Under the pieces are notes generated by a model. It searched no databases and was not told the DNA's origin. It saw nothing but the letters and a program-made list of their open reading frames with translations. Position numbers and translations under genes: made by a program. Positions 41,864-54,561 of a DNA stretch of 64,000 nucleotides are shown here, piece after piece (the stretch's first letter is position 1; every line of letters begins with the position of its first letter). The stretch spans positions 2,604,001 through 2,668,000 of the forward strand of contig OX597818.1 in the NCBI GenBank assembly GCA_951406725.2. The letters are read 5' to 3'. The DNA is from Octopus vulgaris. Its lineage: Eukaryota.

Positions 41864-41925
41864 GATAAACCTCCAAGTTTCGGATGCTGAGGTGGAAATC
41901 CACGCCACCATCTCTTCAGTTATCC
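41864..41925 (-). ncRNA. Degenerate type I hammerhead
   Basis: GATAA CTGAAGA GATG..GTGGA-TT-TCCAC..CATCC GAAA CTTGGAGGT TTATC. The UH site is damaged. Confidence 0.5.
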
Positions 41926-41957
41926 AACCATCAGAAAAACACTATGAAAAATGACCG

Positions 41958-42541
41958 TTATACAAAGGGAAATTACTGTGTTATTGACCGCTATTAAGAC
42001 AAAAGAGCTATTCGAATGACTGCTAAGTAAGATAAGGTGGTAAAAAGTTCATAGTATTCGCGTAAGCGTGCCTGTTCATACCTACACATGTGCACCCGCA
42101 CACCATGTGCGTACACATACATTCATCCACCCTCACTTGAAAACGTACACATCCTCACTTGCATCCTTCGTATATAGACATGGTTTACTCTTTGTATACT
42201 CCCTTATGCCTTTTTTCTATATTGTTACCCTTAACCCTGTTTTTTCTTGTGCTTGTGCGTATGTATGCACTTTTATGGTGCACATGTGTGTGTGTGTGAG
42301 TTTGTATGTATATGCATATACATTTGGTGAAGGATGCAAGTGAGGATGTGTACGTTTTCAAGTGAGGGTGGATGAATGTATGTGTACACACGTGGGTGTG
42401 CAGGTGGGCATGTGTAGGTATGAACAGGTGTGTTTACGCAAATACTATGAACTTTTTACCACCTTACCTTACTTAGCAGACATTCGAATAGCTCTTTTGT
42501 CTTAATAGCGGTCAATAACACAGTAATTTCCCTTCGTATAA
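41958..42541. repeat. Fold-back with ~210-bp diverged arms and a ~160-bp spacer
   Basis: 41958-42168 versus 42328-42541. Confidence 0.9.
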
Positions 42542-42625
42542 TGGTATAAACAAACGAGGGTAAAATGAGTGAAATACATGAACAACGAGTAAAAAATGGA
42601 AAACAGGGCAATTAAACATGGAGAA

Positions 42626-42741
42626 ATGACCCTTCATCAGTTGGCAATTGTGTATCTACTCCTCATTTTGAGCATTCAACAATATCAGTTTTCAAAAACA
42701 GTTGCTCCCATAAATTCTAAAATAAAATTAAGGATTTATGG
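42626..42741 (-). ncRNA. Candidate non-circularly permuted hammerhead, family 2 (decayed copy)
   Basis: P0 hairpin CCATAAAT/ATTTATGG, GAGCA..TGCTC AAAA TGAG, GCCAA CTGATGA. Confidence 0.5.
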
Positions 42742-43190
42742 AGGGTCAAATTTGGAAACAAAAAAATGACAGTGAAGATATACAAGGAAACCAAAAGAAA
42801 AAAAACATGGAAGGTCGTTAGACCAGAATGAGAGGAAAATAGCAAATACTGGGAGAACCATTTTTTTGGAAAGAGAAAAAATAGAAAAGAGAGAGAGGAA
42901 ACATGTTTGTTCCTTTAAATGTGCCTGCAGGAAAAGAAAGATGGTCACGTGAGGAAAAGAAAGATGGACAATGGTCACGTGTGAGCAATGAGAGAGAAAA
43001 AGAGAAAGAGGGGGAGAGAGAGAGAGAGAGAAAGACAGATAGAAAACAGTGAAGGAGGGAGGGGATAAAAAGGGAATTAGAAAAGGATGGAGGAAGAAAA
43101 CAGTATAGAGTAGAGAGTCGCATCAAAAAGGCAAAGATAAACTTACTTGGAAATGAATGTGTCATCTTCAATTAAATAATATAAAATAAT

Positions 43191-44804
43191 ATATCATGAA
43201 ACAGAGTTACTTTGAACACCAGGGTAACTTTGAACAAAATATAATATTTTGTTTCCTCTTATTGCTTTTTACTAAAATTTCCTACAGAATTGTTTAAATG
43301 TGTTGTTAAACTTTAGAATTATATTTCTATGATAGTATAATTTCAATACATAAAGTAAAATTTGTAAATGTAACTTTGATTATCCACTCAAAGAAAGAAT
43401 TTGTCAGCTTCTTCAAATTTCAGCAAAACAAACATTTTGGCAAAATATAAATACTTTTGTCAGTAGCTAAAGCACTTCTTGCATAAAAGATACAAGCTTT
43501 TGTTAAAATAGATGTTAACTAGTTAATAATTTTCTATTGAAGTGTTTTTATAACTTTGGTATCTTTGTAAAAACTTGTATAACATGACATGTCCCTCCTT
43601 TGATTATCCAGCAGGGTTACTTTGAACAGTATACAAAGTAACCCCGATCAATGTTTTCAGCAGTAAGCAAGTTGCCACCACCCAATTCCACACATATACT
43701 TCAACCACTTGATGTGGCATTCTATGGGCCTCTTAAAAAAAGTTGGAAAAAAATCTTAAATGATTGGCAGGAAAAACTCTAAGACCTTAACTAAAGATGC
43801 TTTTCCTGCTCTGCTCACACTGCTGCATACTGCTCTCTTTCCTACAAGAATCTGGAAAGTGAGTTCATGAAATGTGGAATTCACCCTTTTCATCCAGACA
43901 AAGTTTTATATCAGCTACCAGACCAGGAAGTGAGCAAAGAAGATGATGAAGTCATCAATGTAAGAGTTTTGGATGTTGTGTTGGGAATGCTAAAGTCAAT
44001 GAGAGGAGTGGATGAGAGCAGGCCAAAGAAGAGATGAAAGAAGTTGAACATTACGCTTGGCAAAAGTACAAGCACTGAGGACATCAGTGCTTCTGGTGGT
44101 GAAATGATGGCCACCAGTTCATCAACAGTTATAGAGAAGCATGGAGAAAGAGAGCAGCAAGAGAATTTGCACGATGAAGAGCTAAACTCTGTGGATAGAG
44201 ATATTTCTATGAATGAATGTGACAGGCACTCCAGTACTTCAGACATGGCAAGAGCAGAAAACATAGACAGCTTTGTCATTGTGAAGTATGAAGGGAAAAC
44301 ATTTCCTGGTCAAGTGATCTCAAATGGAAGTGATGGATCACTTATGTCATCACTGACAAAATGTAAAAAGATAGGGTGGAGGTGGCCACTGAAGAAGGAT
44401 AAACTTGTCTACGACTGGGAAGATGTGGTAGAAATGAAAACAAAAGAGATTCCACTGAACAACAGGGGTTTCTATCGATTCCCAAACCTTGAACGAGAAT
44501 GAGGAATATAAAATGTGACTTACTGATAAATGTGTGACATTTTCTTTAGTGCTATAACACTTAAAGCTGTTCGTTGATTTTTCTTTTGTATTTACTCTTT
44601 ACTCTTTTACTTGTTTTGGTCATGTGACTGTGGCCATGCTGGAGCACCGCTTTTTAGTCAAGCAATTTGACCCCAGGACTTATTCTTTGTAAGTCTAGTA
44701 CTTATTCTATCGGTCTCTTTTGCTGAACCGCTAAGTTACAGAGATGTAAACACACCAGCATCGTTTGTCAAGCGATGTTGGGGAGACAAACAGATACACA
44801 CACA

Positions 44805-44841
<37 letters not shown>

Positions 44842-45209
44842 CATATATATGACAGGCTTCTTTCAGTTTCCATCTATCAAATCCACTCACAAGGCTTTGG
44901 TCAGCCCAAAGCTATAGTAGAAGACACTTGCTCAAGGTGCCACGGTTTGTAAGCAAGATACTTACCACACAGCCACTTCAACACCTTTGTTAATAAAAAA
45001 CAACTTTTTTATAACATATACATTACTGTTCGAAGTAACCCCAAATTAGGGATTACTTTGGACAGTGACAATTATATAAAAAAAAAGTAATCAAATACTG
45101 ACTGCAACTTATTTTTAACAGTCAAATTTAGTTAAGATTGAAAAAAAGGTTAGGAAATTATTGCAATAAGAAGTCTAAAACTGTTCAAAGAAACCCAGTT
45201 ACACAGTAT
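43191..45209 (+). mobile_element. Defective pogo/Fot1-like DNA transposon with a nested SINE
   Basis: PPNSTHILQPLDVAFYGPLKKSW at ~43677-43746 and FMKCGIHPF. Subterminal motif GTTACTTTGAACA is repeated at the left and inverted at the right. SINE at 44590-44977. Confidence 0.8.
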
Positions 45210-45228
45210 ACTATATATATATATATAT

Positions 45229-45660
45229 CTCATCATCATCATTTAATATCCGCTTTCCATACTAACACGGGTTGGACAATTTGACTGAGGTCTGGCAACC
45301 AGATGGCTGCACCAGACTCCAATCTGATCTGGCAGAGTTTCTACAGCTTGATGCCCTTCCTAACGCCAACCACTCCAAGAGTGTAGTGGGTGCCTTTACG
45401 GACACTGGCACGAGGGCCAGTCAGGTGATGCTGGCAGCGGCCACCTGCACAGGAGCCAGTCCAACAGCACTGGCAATAACCTCGCTCGAATGTTTTTTTG
45501 CATGCCACCAGCACAAGTACCAGAAGGCGATGCAGGTAACGATCACGCTGGTATGGTACTCTCAGTGCTCCACTAGCACGGATACCAGGCATCAAATTTG
45601 ATTTTGATTTCGATTTCACCTGCCTCAACAGGTCTTCACAAGCAAAGTTTAGTGTCCAAT
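45229..45660 (-). mobile_element. RTE 3' UTR fragment
   Basis: Homologous to 2681-3150. Confidence 0.8.
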
Positions 45661-45735
45661 ATATATATATATATATAAGTATGTATGTATATGTGTGTGT
45701 GTAAGTGTGTGTGTATACATACACACACACACATA

Positions 45736-45785
<50 letters not shown>

Positions 45786-45910
45786 TATATAGGTACAGGA
45801 TGTCACAAGCAGTGCAAATAAGATGAAATATGTAAACAAACAAGGAAAAAACGATTGAAATATGTGAACAACAAGAAAAAATGGAAAATAGGATAAGTAA
45901 ACACAGAGAA

Positions 45911-45995
45911 AAGACTCTTCATCAGTTGTCAGCTGTCTATCTATTCTTCATTTCAAGTATTCAACAACAATATGAGTCTTCAAAGACAGTTGCTC
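45911..45995 (-). ncRNA. Candidate non-circularly permuted hammerhead, family 2 (core nucleotides intact)
   Basis: GAGCA ACTGTC TTTG AAGAC TCAT A TTGTT GTTGAA TACTT GAA ATGA AGAATAGATA GACAGC T GACAA CTGATGA AGA GTCTT. Confidence 0.62.
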
Positions 45996-46020
45996 CCATA
46001 CACACACATATATATATATA

Positions 46021-46381
46021 TGACTGCGGCCATGCTGGAGCACCGCCTTTAATCGAGCAACTCGACCCCAGGACTTATTCTTTGTAAACCTAGTACTTAT
46101 TCTCTCGGTCTCTTTTGCCAAACCGCTAAGTGACAGGGCCATAAACACATCAGCATCGGTTGTCAAGCAATGCTAGGGGACAAACACAAACATACATGCA
46201 CACATATATACATATATACGATGGGCTTCTTTCAGTTTCCGTCTACCAAATCCACTCATAAGGCTTTGGTCGGCCCGAGGCTATAGTAGAAGACACTTGC
46301 CCAAGGTGCCACGCAGTGGGACTGAACCCGGAACTATGTGGTTGGTAAACAAGCTACTTACCACACAGCCACTCCTGCGCC
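46021..46381 (-). mobile_element. tRNA-derived SINE, full length
   Basis: 5' GGCGCAGGAGTGGCTGTGTGGTAAG (A-box-like) and GGGTTCAGTCCC (B-box-like). Further copies at 33.5, 34.4, 44.6 and 59.0 kb. Confidence 0.88.
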
Positions 46382-46736
46382 TCGACTTAATGTAGAATTA
46401 TTTTTATGAACATAAACACACACACAAACAAACAATTGATTATGCTTTTGTCTTTGTTTGGATTAAACCATATCTGTGGTGGAATTACTTTGTACTTTAT
46501 TCATTCTTAGAGGCTATTTTTCCACCAGCACCACCACCATCACCATCATAATCATCATCACTGTCATCATTGTAGCATTTGGGTATACCTCTGGATATCC
46601 TTGTTGCTTATTTTGATATATATACATCTATATAGTTAATCCCCCAAAAATAAAGAAAAAACTAGAGAAAAACAACAACACAAGGACGTGGTACATGCAA
46701 AGTATTAGCAGACGATCAGGGAAGGAAAGAAAGGTA

Positions 46737-46771
46737 GTTTTACGTTTTGAGCAAAGCTCTTCTTCAGAAAC
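46737..46771 (-). ncRNA. Minimal hammerhead with G12A
   Basis: GTTT CTGAAGA A GAGC-TTT-GCTC AAAA CG TA AAAC. Confidence 0.55.
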
Positions 46772-46995
46772 AGGAGACAGTGGAAAGTCCAGGAGAAAAG
46801 GAAGACAGAGGAAAAAAACTGCCAACGATCTACATGTGGTTACATTATACATACATATACATATATATATATATCAGAAGGTTTGGAGATGATGTACAGG
46901 TATTATATAATAGAAGAAATGAGGTACTCAGAACTATGGATGGGTTTATATTTACAGATATTTATTAATATATCACATGGTTTTATAACTCATAT

Positions 46996-47032
46996 ATTAG
47001 CGCTTGCGTCCACTCTAGTGGAGTCGTCAGAT
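46996..47032 (-). ncRNA. Degenerate minimal hammerhead
   Basis: AT CTGACGA C-TCCACT-AG-AGTGGA-C GCAA GCGC TA AT. GAAA is mutated and stem I is weak. Confidence 0.4.
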
Positions 47033-47320
47033 TGAACTCTTGCAGGAATTTTGTCTCTTTTTATAGTATTATTGCGTAAGGGTAGAGAGAGATATAAGAT
47101 AGTACAAGACAGTGAGGAATGGGGAGAAAGTGAGAGAGAGTGCGCGTGCGTGTGTGTGTGTGCTTTTGTATCTGAAAGTGGTGTTAAAGGAAAAGAGAAG
47201 GAAAGGAAGAAGGAGAGAAAGAAAAAAATGTGTTGATATCTTTGCAGCTGGTCAGTCTTTCAATAGTAAATGATTCTTGGCTTTTAGAAATGGCAAACCT
47301 AGCTGGTCACTCCAAGGGGG

Positions 47321-47358
<38 letters not shown>

Positions 47359-47584
47359 AATTAAGGACTGAACACGAAAAAGTGGACAGTCAACATGCTA
47401 GATATAGACGTCAAATCGTCATTCACCACAAAAAGTCTATGTTCTCAGATCAAACTCAACACAAAACCAAAACAATAAACAAGTGAAAAATATACGAAAT
47501 AAATATTTACCCATGTACTAATTTGCTGTACTAAATGTAATTTGCTGTACTAAATGCCAACACGATACCGAAATATCGCGTGCA

Positions 47585-47738
47585 TTGTAGATGCGCGCTA
47601 ATACCCAGAAGGGCTCGATATGAATCACGACTATAAGATATCCGGTTTTGGTTAAACTGCACCGCAAAATGTGGGAGTAGTTAGGAATCTAAATCGTAGG
47701 AGACAGACAGCACACAACCTTACTTTTATATATGAAGA
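47585..47738 (-). mobile_element. Helitron 5' fragment
   Basis: Matches 10525-10676. Confidence 0.75.
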
Positions 47739-48040
47739 TATAAGTATATATATAGATTTATATGTATATATAAGTAAATATGTATATATATGTATGTATA
47801 TATGTGCATATATATGCGTAAATATATATGTATGTATATATATGTATATACAGGGGTGTGTGTAGAGATGTATATATATATATAGATTTGTATATATGTA
47901 TGCATATGTGTATATATATGTGTATATATATATATATTTATGTAGATATACATATATATATATATATTTATGCATTTATATGTGTGTGTGCATGTATATC
48001 TAGATAAGTGTGTGTACAAATATATGTATGCATATGTATA

Positions 48041-48085
<45 letters not shown>

Positions 48086-48235
48086 TATAGGTATACTTAT
48101 AGATTTATATATATACATGTATATGTATATAGATGTATGTATATATATATTTGTATATATATCTATATGTATATAGATATATGCATATATATGTATATAT
48201 ATATATATGTATGTATATATATATATATATATATA

Positions 48236-48541
48236 TCACGTGATCACGTGACCGACCAGTCCATCAGATGTAGTTACACATCGCTGGTCACAATGCGTTC
48301 GCATTGTTTTAGCCTACGAATGACGCCACCCCGCTGGCTAATTGAGCAGGCCAACAGACGAAAGAGTGAGAGAAAGAGTGGTGAAAGAGTACAGCAGGGA
48401 TCACCACCCCCTGCCGGAGCGTCGTGGAGCTTTTACATGTTTTCGCTCAATAAACACACACAACGCCCAGTCTGGGAATCGAAACCGCGATCCTACGACC
48501 GCGAGTCCGCTGCCCTAACAACTGGGCCATTGCGCCTCCAC
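48236..48541 (-). mobile_element. tRNA-derived SINE, second family
   Basis: GGAGGCGCAATGGCCCAGTTGTTAGGGCAGCGGACTCGCGGTCGTAGGATCGCGGTTTCGATTCCC is a tRNA-like head with A and B boxes. Confidence 0.88.
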
Positions 48542-48639
48542 GTGTATATATATATATATATCTATAGATTTACATATACACATATACAAATATATATACA
48601 AATGTTTATATATATATACAAATGTTTATATATATATGT

Positions 48640-50975
48640 AGGGCGAAAAACGTAATATATTCATGTGAGGTGAGTACTCAGTTTAACACACTCACCTATA
48701 TTGGTTGCTCAACCTCCTGGAAATCTAGATACTATAACCACCGGTCCTCGCTGAGACACAGACATAAGGCTAACAGCACCTCCCTTTCTAAAAGAATTTG
48801 GGAATTAAAAGACAAATGTATAGGCTTCAAACTCAGATGGTCCATCATCGGATCAGCTGCACCTTATTTAAATAATAGAGCAGGATGCCAACTATGTTGT
48901 GTAGAACTCCTGAACATCTTGAAATTCAAAGACAAACACAATCTTATTAACAAAAGGTCAGAGTTCAAACCATCCTGTATACACAAACTTATTAATACTT
49001 TCAAATACTACAAAGCTTAGGTTTTATACCAACTCCCCCATGCAATTTCCTCCCACCCGGTGCAACCTGTCGGCTCCAGCACATCCCGCTTTCCTATATG
49101 TGCGTGTATATGCGTATGTGTGTGTGTATGTATATGTATGTGCACATATGTGTACGTATATGTACATATATATATATATATATGTGCGTGTGTGTGTGTG
49201 TGGGTGGGTGTGTGTATGTGCATATATGTTTCCCTGCATTTTCCTCCTATATATACAAATTTTGTCTCCCATACATGACTTCTTTTCCCTAAATACTTCT
49301 TCTCCTACACCCATATCCTTCCTATATAGTCTCTTTACTTCCCTATATCTATACCCTTTCACATTTCTAACTCGGATGTTGAACGCACACCGCCAAACTC
49401 CACTTCCCACCCTTCCAATTTTCAGTTCCCCCGCCCGCCCCTACGTGGACACTTTTAACACACACCTCTAACTTTCAACCACCTTCATCTCATGTTAAAT
49501 TATATTTTTATCTTATTTTATTTTATTTTATTTTTACTCTTATTCTACTTCCATTTATTCTCATTTTCATTTTCATCCCTTACCTTAACTCTTATAATTT
49601 TTATAATTTTTATATTTCATTTCTAACAATTACATTGTATTTCTTATTTTATACTGTATTTCTTACTTTTATTTCTAATTTTTACCCTTACCCTCATTCT
49701 TACCCCTAACTTATCGCTTTACATCTCTATATATGTTTATTTACTTACCTATAGATTCACTTTTGACTATGCGAGTGTCCGTGTACGTATGTATACGCAT
49801 ACATACATGGACGCGCGCATATATGTACATGCATATTTTGATATCTTATAGCTATACCCATATGTCTCTGTGTGTGTGTGTAGGTGTATGTGTGCACGCA
49901 CATACGTACACACAGCCGTGTGTGCGTGCACGCATAGACGTGATTCCTTACATACGCTCTTATATACATCCTTTAATATCTTATATCTAGACCTGGAAGC
50001 GTGGGCATATGCGTGTGTGTATGTAGGGATGGGCGCGCGTATGTACATGTGAGTGTGTACACGTATAGTGTCCGTGTATACATGCGGATATTCTGTTGTA
50101 TGTATGTATGTGTACGCACGTGCGTGTGGGTGTGTGTGTGTTTATATGCTGGTTTACACGCGAGTGCGTGTGTATGCTTATAGGCTTGGAGGCGTATATG
50201 TACCCGTGTATATGGGTGTGTGTATCCATGTTGGTATGTATGTACTAGAAGTCCAAATAATTCAAGGAACCAGATTAAATGCTCAACAGCTCTGATTTAC
50301 AACGCATTAGGTCCCCAGACGAAACTGTTGATTTACTGACAATTCTACAACTAAATTTTATCAATCTCCTGACCACCATGCTTGGTCCTTAACCTCTATA
50401 CATCCCTTATCTTTATATTTTTTTTATATTTTGTTACATTTTTATCATGTTTTTTTTACTTTTATTTTTATTTCTACTTCTATTTTTACTTTATAACCTT
50501 ATGCCTTTACATTTATTTATATTTCTTTATATTTCTTTATATTCTTTATACCCCCTTTACATCTCCTTATATCTCTTTATATCTTTATGCTCTACATTTT
50601 TATATTTTTCTATACTTACACTTTTTATACATTTTTTATCCCTCGTCCTGAATTCTCGCCCCTCCATCTTCACGTATATACATGTATTTATTTATTTACA
50701 TTACTTCAACATCCATTTTTCCTCATCCTACATTGAGAGAAGAAAGAGATGGACGCTTCAATTCTATGCTGCTGCCGTATTATGTCGTACGCGAATGGGA
50801 GGATTTGCATCCCCAACCAAGAATTTTTGATGTAACACATGTCCTTGTGGAAGCTGTTGTGCGCGGCTGAAGAAGGCCACAGACATACATTATGCATTGT
50901 TATAAATCTGTCTAATAAAGGCCCGAAACATATGTACCGCTGAGTCCTTCGCATCATGTTTTTATTTTGATCAAT
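48640..50975 (+). mobile_element. 5'-truncated Penelope-like element (GIY-YIG, long 3' region, hammerhead)
   Basis: NVIYSC..TYIGCST..KSRYYNH..STSLSKRIWELKD..WSII..CQLC..E..LINKRSEFKPSCIH (stop at 49020). Flanked by (TA)n. Confidence 0.85.
50863..50940 (+). ncRNA. Type I hammerhead of the PLE 3' region
   Basis: GCGG CTGAAGA A-GGCC-[~40 nt]-GGCC-C GAAA CATATG TA CCGC. Confidence 0.8.
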
Positions 50976-51062
50976 ATATATATATATATATATATTTGTA
51001 TATGTATATATGTAAATCTATATATGTCTATATATGCAAATATGAATATGCATATAAATATA

Positions 51063-52048
51063 CTAGCAGTATCGCCCGGCGTTGCTCGGGTTTGTTTCGA
51101 CCCGCTGGAATTGTAATTTTGAAAAGTAAAAATTTTGTGAACATTTTTCTGGTCGAAATATACCGAAAAGTGGCGACACAGCAGTGAAAAAATCGTAAAA
51201 AATGGGGATTTTCATAGAAAAAAGCAGCTTTTTGATGTAAATAATTTTTGGTGTTAACATGGTCCGATATGAATTTTATGTTCTACGGAAGGAAGAGCAA
51301 CCCTTCTTCTATCATACTCTCAATTTTGGTCAACTTGCGCCGCAGGGTCTCGGAGGAGATAGTGTTAGTTGAAGGTTACCAAACGTGGCGCACACAGACA
51401 ACTTCAGCTTTATATAGAGATAACACACACACATTAATACACATACATAGACACACACACACATGTATGTATGGATGTATATATGTACATCTGTCCACTT
51501 CTTGCAATATTTTTATCCTTCACTTCCTACACACACACACACTGACACACAGTGCACGCACACACACACCTTCTTAGCTTACAATTTCTTTCTGTCAACA
51601 ATTGACAACAGAAGTACGCTCGCCAATTAATACTACCAAAATTCTACGACAGAAAGTAAATTAAAAACCAATTTACCTTTTCTGTATTGTTATGGCAATC
51701 CGACCGTCGGTGTGTTTTTGCAAATGTGTTCGAATGAGAAGTGAGTTGTGTTTGGCGCCTTTTTTTACTAATAACAAACACACACGTGTGTGTGTGTTTG
51801 AGTGTTTGTATGTAGTTGTTTGAAACGTTTGTGTTTGTCACTGTCATATATGTATGTGTATGCGTGTGTGTGAGGAATGGCAAACCAGATAGATAGCGTG
51901 CGAAGTTGTTTTGAAGTTCGCGCTCTGCTTGTGTGTGTGTGTGTGCGTGCTTTAGGTACACAGCACAACATTACTCTCTCTGTCTCTTTACACACACTAA
52001 CAAAAGCACTTCACTTACACACCACACTTTCTGTGTCACACACCCCAT

Positions 52049-52085
<37 letters not shown>

Positions 52086-52676
52086 GCACGCACACATGTA
52101 CATCAATGCTTTCGGAGTGAAATGTTAAAATATTGAGTTTTCTCGAATTTTGTCTTAATTGGGGGTGAAATTGAAAGAAATTTTGTATGGCATGACCGAA
52201 TGGAAGTACTTGTAAAAATCATAGGTAAACTGTAATTGAAGAAATTGTGTGAGGAGTAAATCGTTATGTATTTATTTGTTTCTGTTTGCTGTTTTTTTTT
52301 TTTTGAGTAGTGGTTTAAGGTACACTTCTCTCGTTTTATAGAAATAGTTTCACTTTAATCGTTGCACACTTGCAAAGAGAAAGGAGTAGAAATTAGGGTG
52401 ATAGCGTGAGTGAAGCAGATCGCTCCGTTTGTGTGTGTGTGTGTGTGCGTGTGCTGTAGCCCACACTAAGAAAAGCACTTGACTTACACTCCACAATGTG
52501 AGTTTTCTCTAAATTTTGCTTAATTGGGGTTGGAATTTTAAAAACTGGACCTGGCACGACCCGAAGCATTCTACTCTTAAAAATGCTAAGTAAATTGTAA
52601 TTGAAGAAATCCTATATTGTAGATTTCTATAAGAGACAAAGGGAGGCAGATAAAATCTGCCTTTTATAATAAGAGA
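51063..52676 (-). mobile_element. Composite non-autonomous Helitron
   Basis: Same termini as 38357-39874, and 51063-51950 is nearly identical to it. Confidence 0.85.
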
Positions 52677-54493
52677 TTATACTAGTAATCATGAGTGGAT
52701 AGGAACCTAAACTCTTTTAACTTCATATAACACTTCCTAAACAATTAAAATAGGACTATAATTTACACAAGTGGATAGACTTGAAATTTCTCCAATCACT
52801 ATATTATTACTATTATTATAATTTTTCTTCGTATTTTATTTTTAACTTCCATCTTAATTTTCATTTCATTTTATTTTATTCTTTACATTTTCACTTTGCT
52901 TTTTACCCATTCATTTTATTTTACCTCTTGGTAACCTATTATTATCTATCTTTTTATGTATCTTGTCAGGTGTCTTTTATGTATTTCCAAATATATTTGA
53001 TATTTTTGATATCTTACAACATCTTTCTAATATCACCGGTTTATTCTGTCAGTATTTTTACTACTTCTAATGCTCTTTTACTATTATTTTTTTTTAAATG
53101 ATTCTTGTAAAGCTCTATTTTTTTTTAAATGATTCTTACAAAATTCTATTCCCATAGAACCTTATATCTCTATATCAATTATTTCATTTATTGTTAATTT
53201 GCTACTCCCTTTTATCACTTATATTTATTTCTTTTCTTTTTAAATCATTTCCTTTATTGATCATCCCTCATTTCAACTTGTTGCTACTTAATACCAGGTC
53301 TATTGGATTTGTCATAGGCAGGCCTAAAAAACCATTTAAAAAAATTTTTTAATATATGGAACTCAATCTATTGAGAATAGTATATTAAATATAACTGTTA
53401 CGTATTCAAAAACAAGACATACACTTGTAAGGTGTATTGTAAGTATGTATACATGGATGGCCGTGCATGAATGTATCTGGATACTATACATGGATATATA
53501 TCTATATCTATATCTGTACGTGTGCTTAAGGATATGTGAATATGGTAGTGTATGTACATGGTTACTAGGGTGTAACTGTAGATATGTGTAGAAATGTATG
53601 TGTATAGTCATGTATTTAGAGCTGTGCATAATGAGGCGGACTTGTATACGCTGGAGCATGTTAGCGTATGTATCTGTATGAGTGCATGTGTATACACACA
53701 TATACATATACTATGACTTCTAAGTAAGTGGATGGACCCATGTAATAGATAAATTTATAAAGCTAGTAATTTTTAGTGGTGAGTTTGGGTAAACTGACCA
53801 TTCATCACAATGATATCAAATTGCAACCTTAATCTATAATTCAATGAGTGGTCAAACTAAGAAATTATTTATGACCACTACCATCTCATCCAAGCCAACA
53901 TCCTGTTCTCAGCTCTATAGTATTTTATCTCTTTATCTCTTATCGTACTCTGTTTTTTTTTTTGTTACTGTATTCCAATTTTGCTACATTTTATTTATGT
54001 GTATCTAACTTTATTATCTTTATTTTTACTTTTATTTCTCGTTTTTTACTTATATTACTTTTATTTCTTACTTTATTTTTTAACTTTTATCTTTTCTTTC
54101 TATCTTATACATGCTAATTAAATATAAACTCAATCCAATCTATTTAACATTCACTCTATGCTGAATAGTGGTACAGTATGGGTAGATTTTTGAAATCCAA
54201 TGAAACTTTATATAAATATACCTTTACAAAGAGATATGATAAACCTATTATAATGGGTAATACTATGTGTACTTTTTATTTTGTGATGTAATCTTTGGAC
54301 TAACAATGTTTGTGGCTGAAGAGAGCTTTAAACCATCTTTTATATCAATAATATACCTATGCTGATGTAATAACAGGTCGTTTACACATGATATCCTTTG
54401 TGTTCTGTTTTCAATTTATGTTTGATATATTCTCTCACTTCTGCCACTATCTGGCATATACACTTATCAAGTATTCCCTCTAAACTTACAGTA

Positions 54494-54559
<66 letters not shown>

Positions 54560-54561
<2 letters not shown>

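Noticed and set aside
44044-44502. 152-aa ORF as a host gene
   Set aside because: Lies within the pogo-like element downstream of the DDE relic and is best read as the broken transposase C-terminus.
50284-50345. CAACAG...CAGAC GAAA CTGTTG hammerhead-like stretch
   Set aside because: No properly placed UH or CUGANGA.
54311-54380. GGCTGAAGAGAGC as a hammerhead start
   Set aside because: Positionally similar to 50863, but the GAAA/stem III half is not recognisable.
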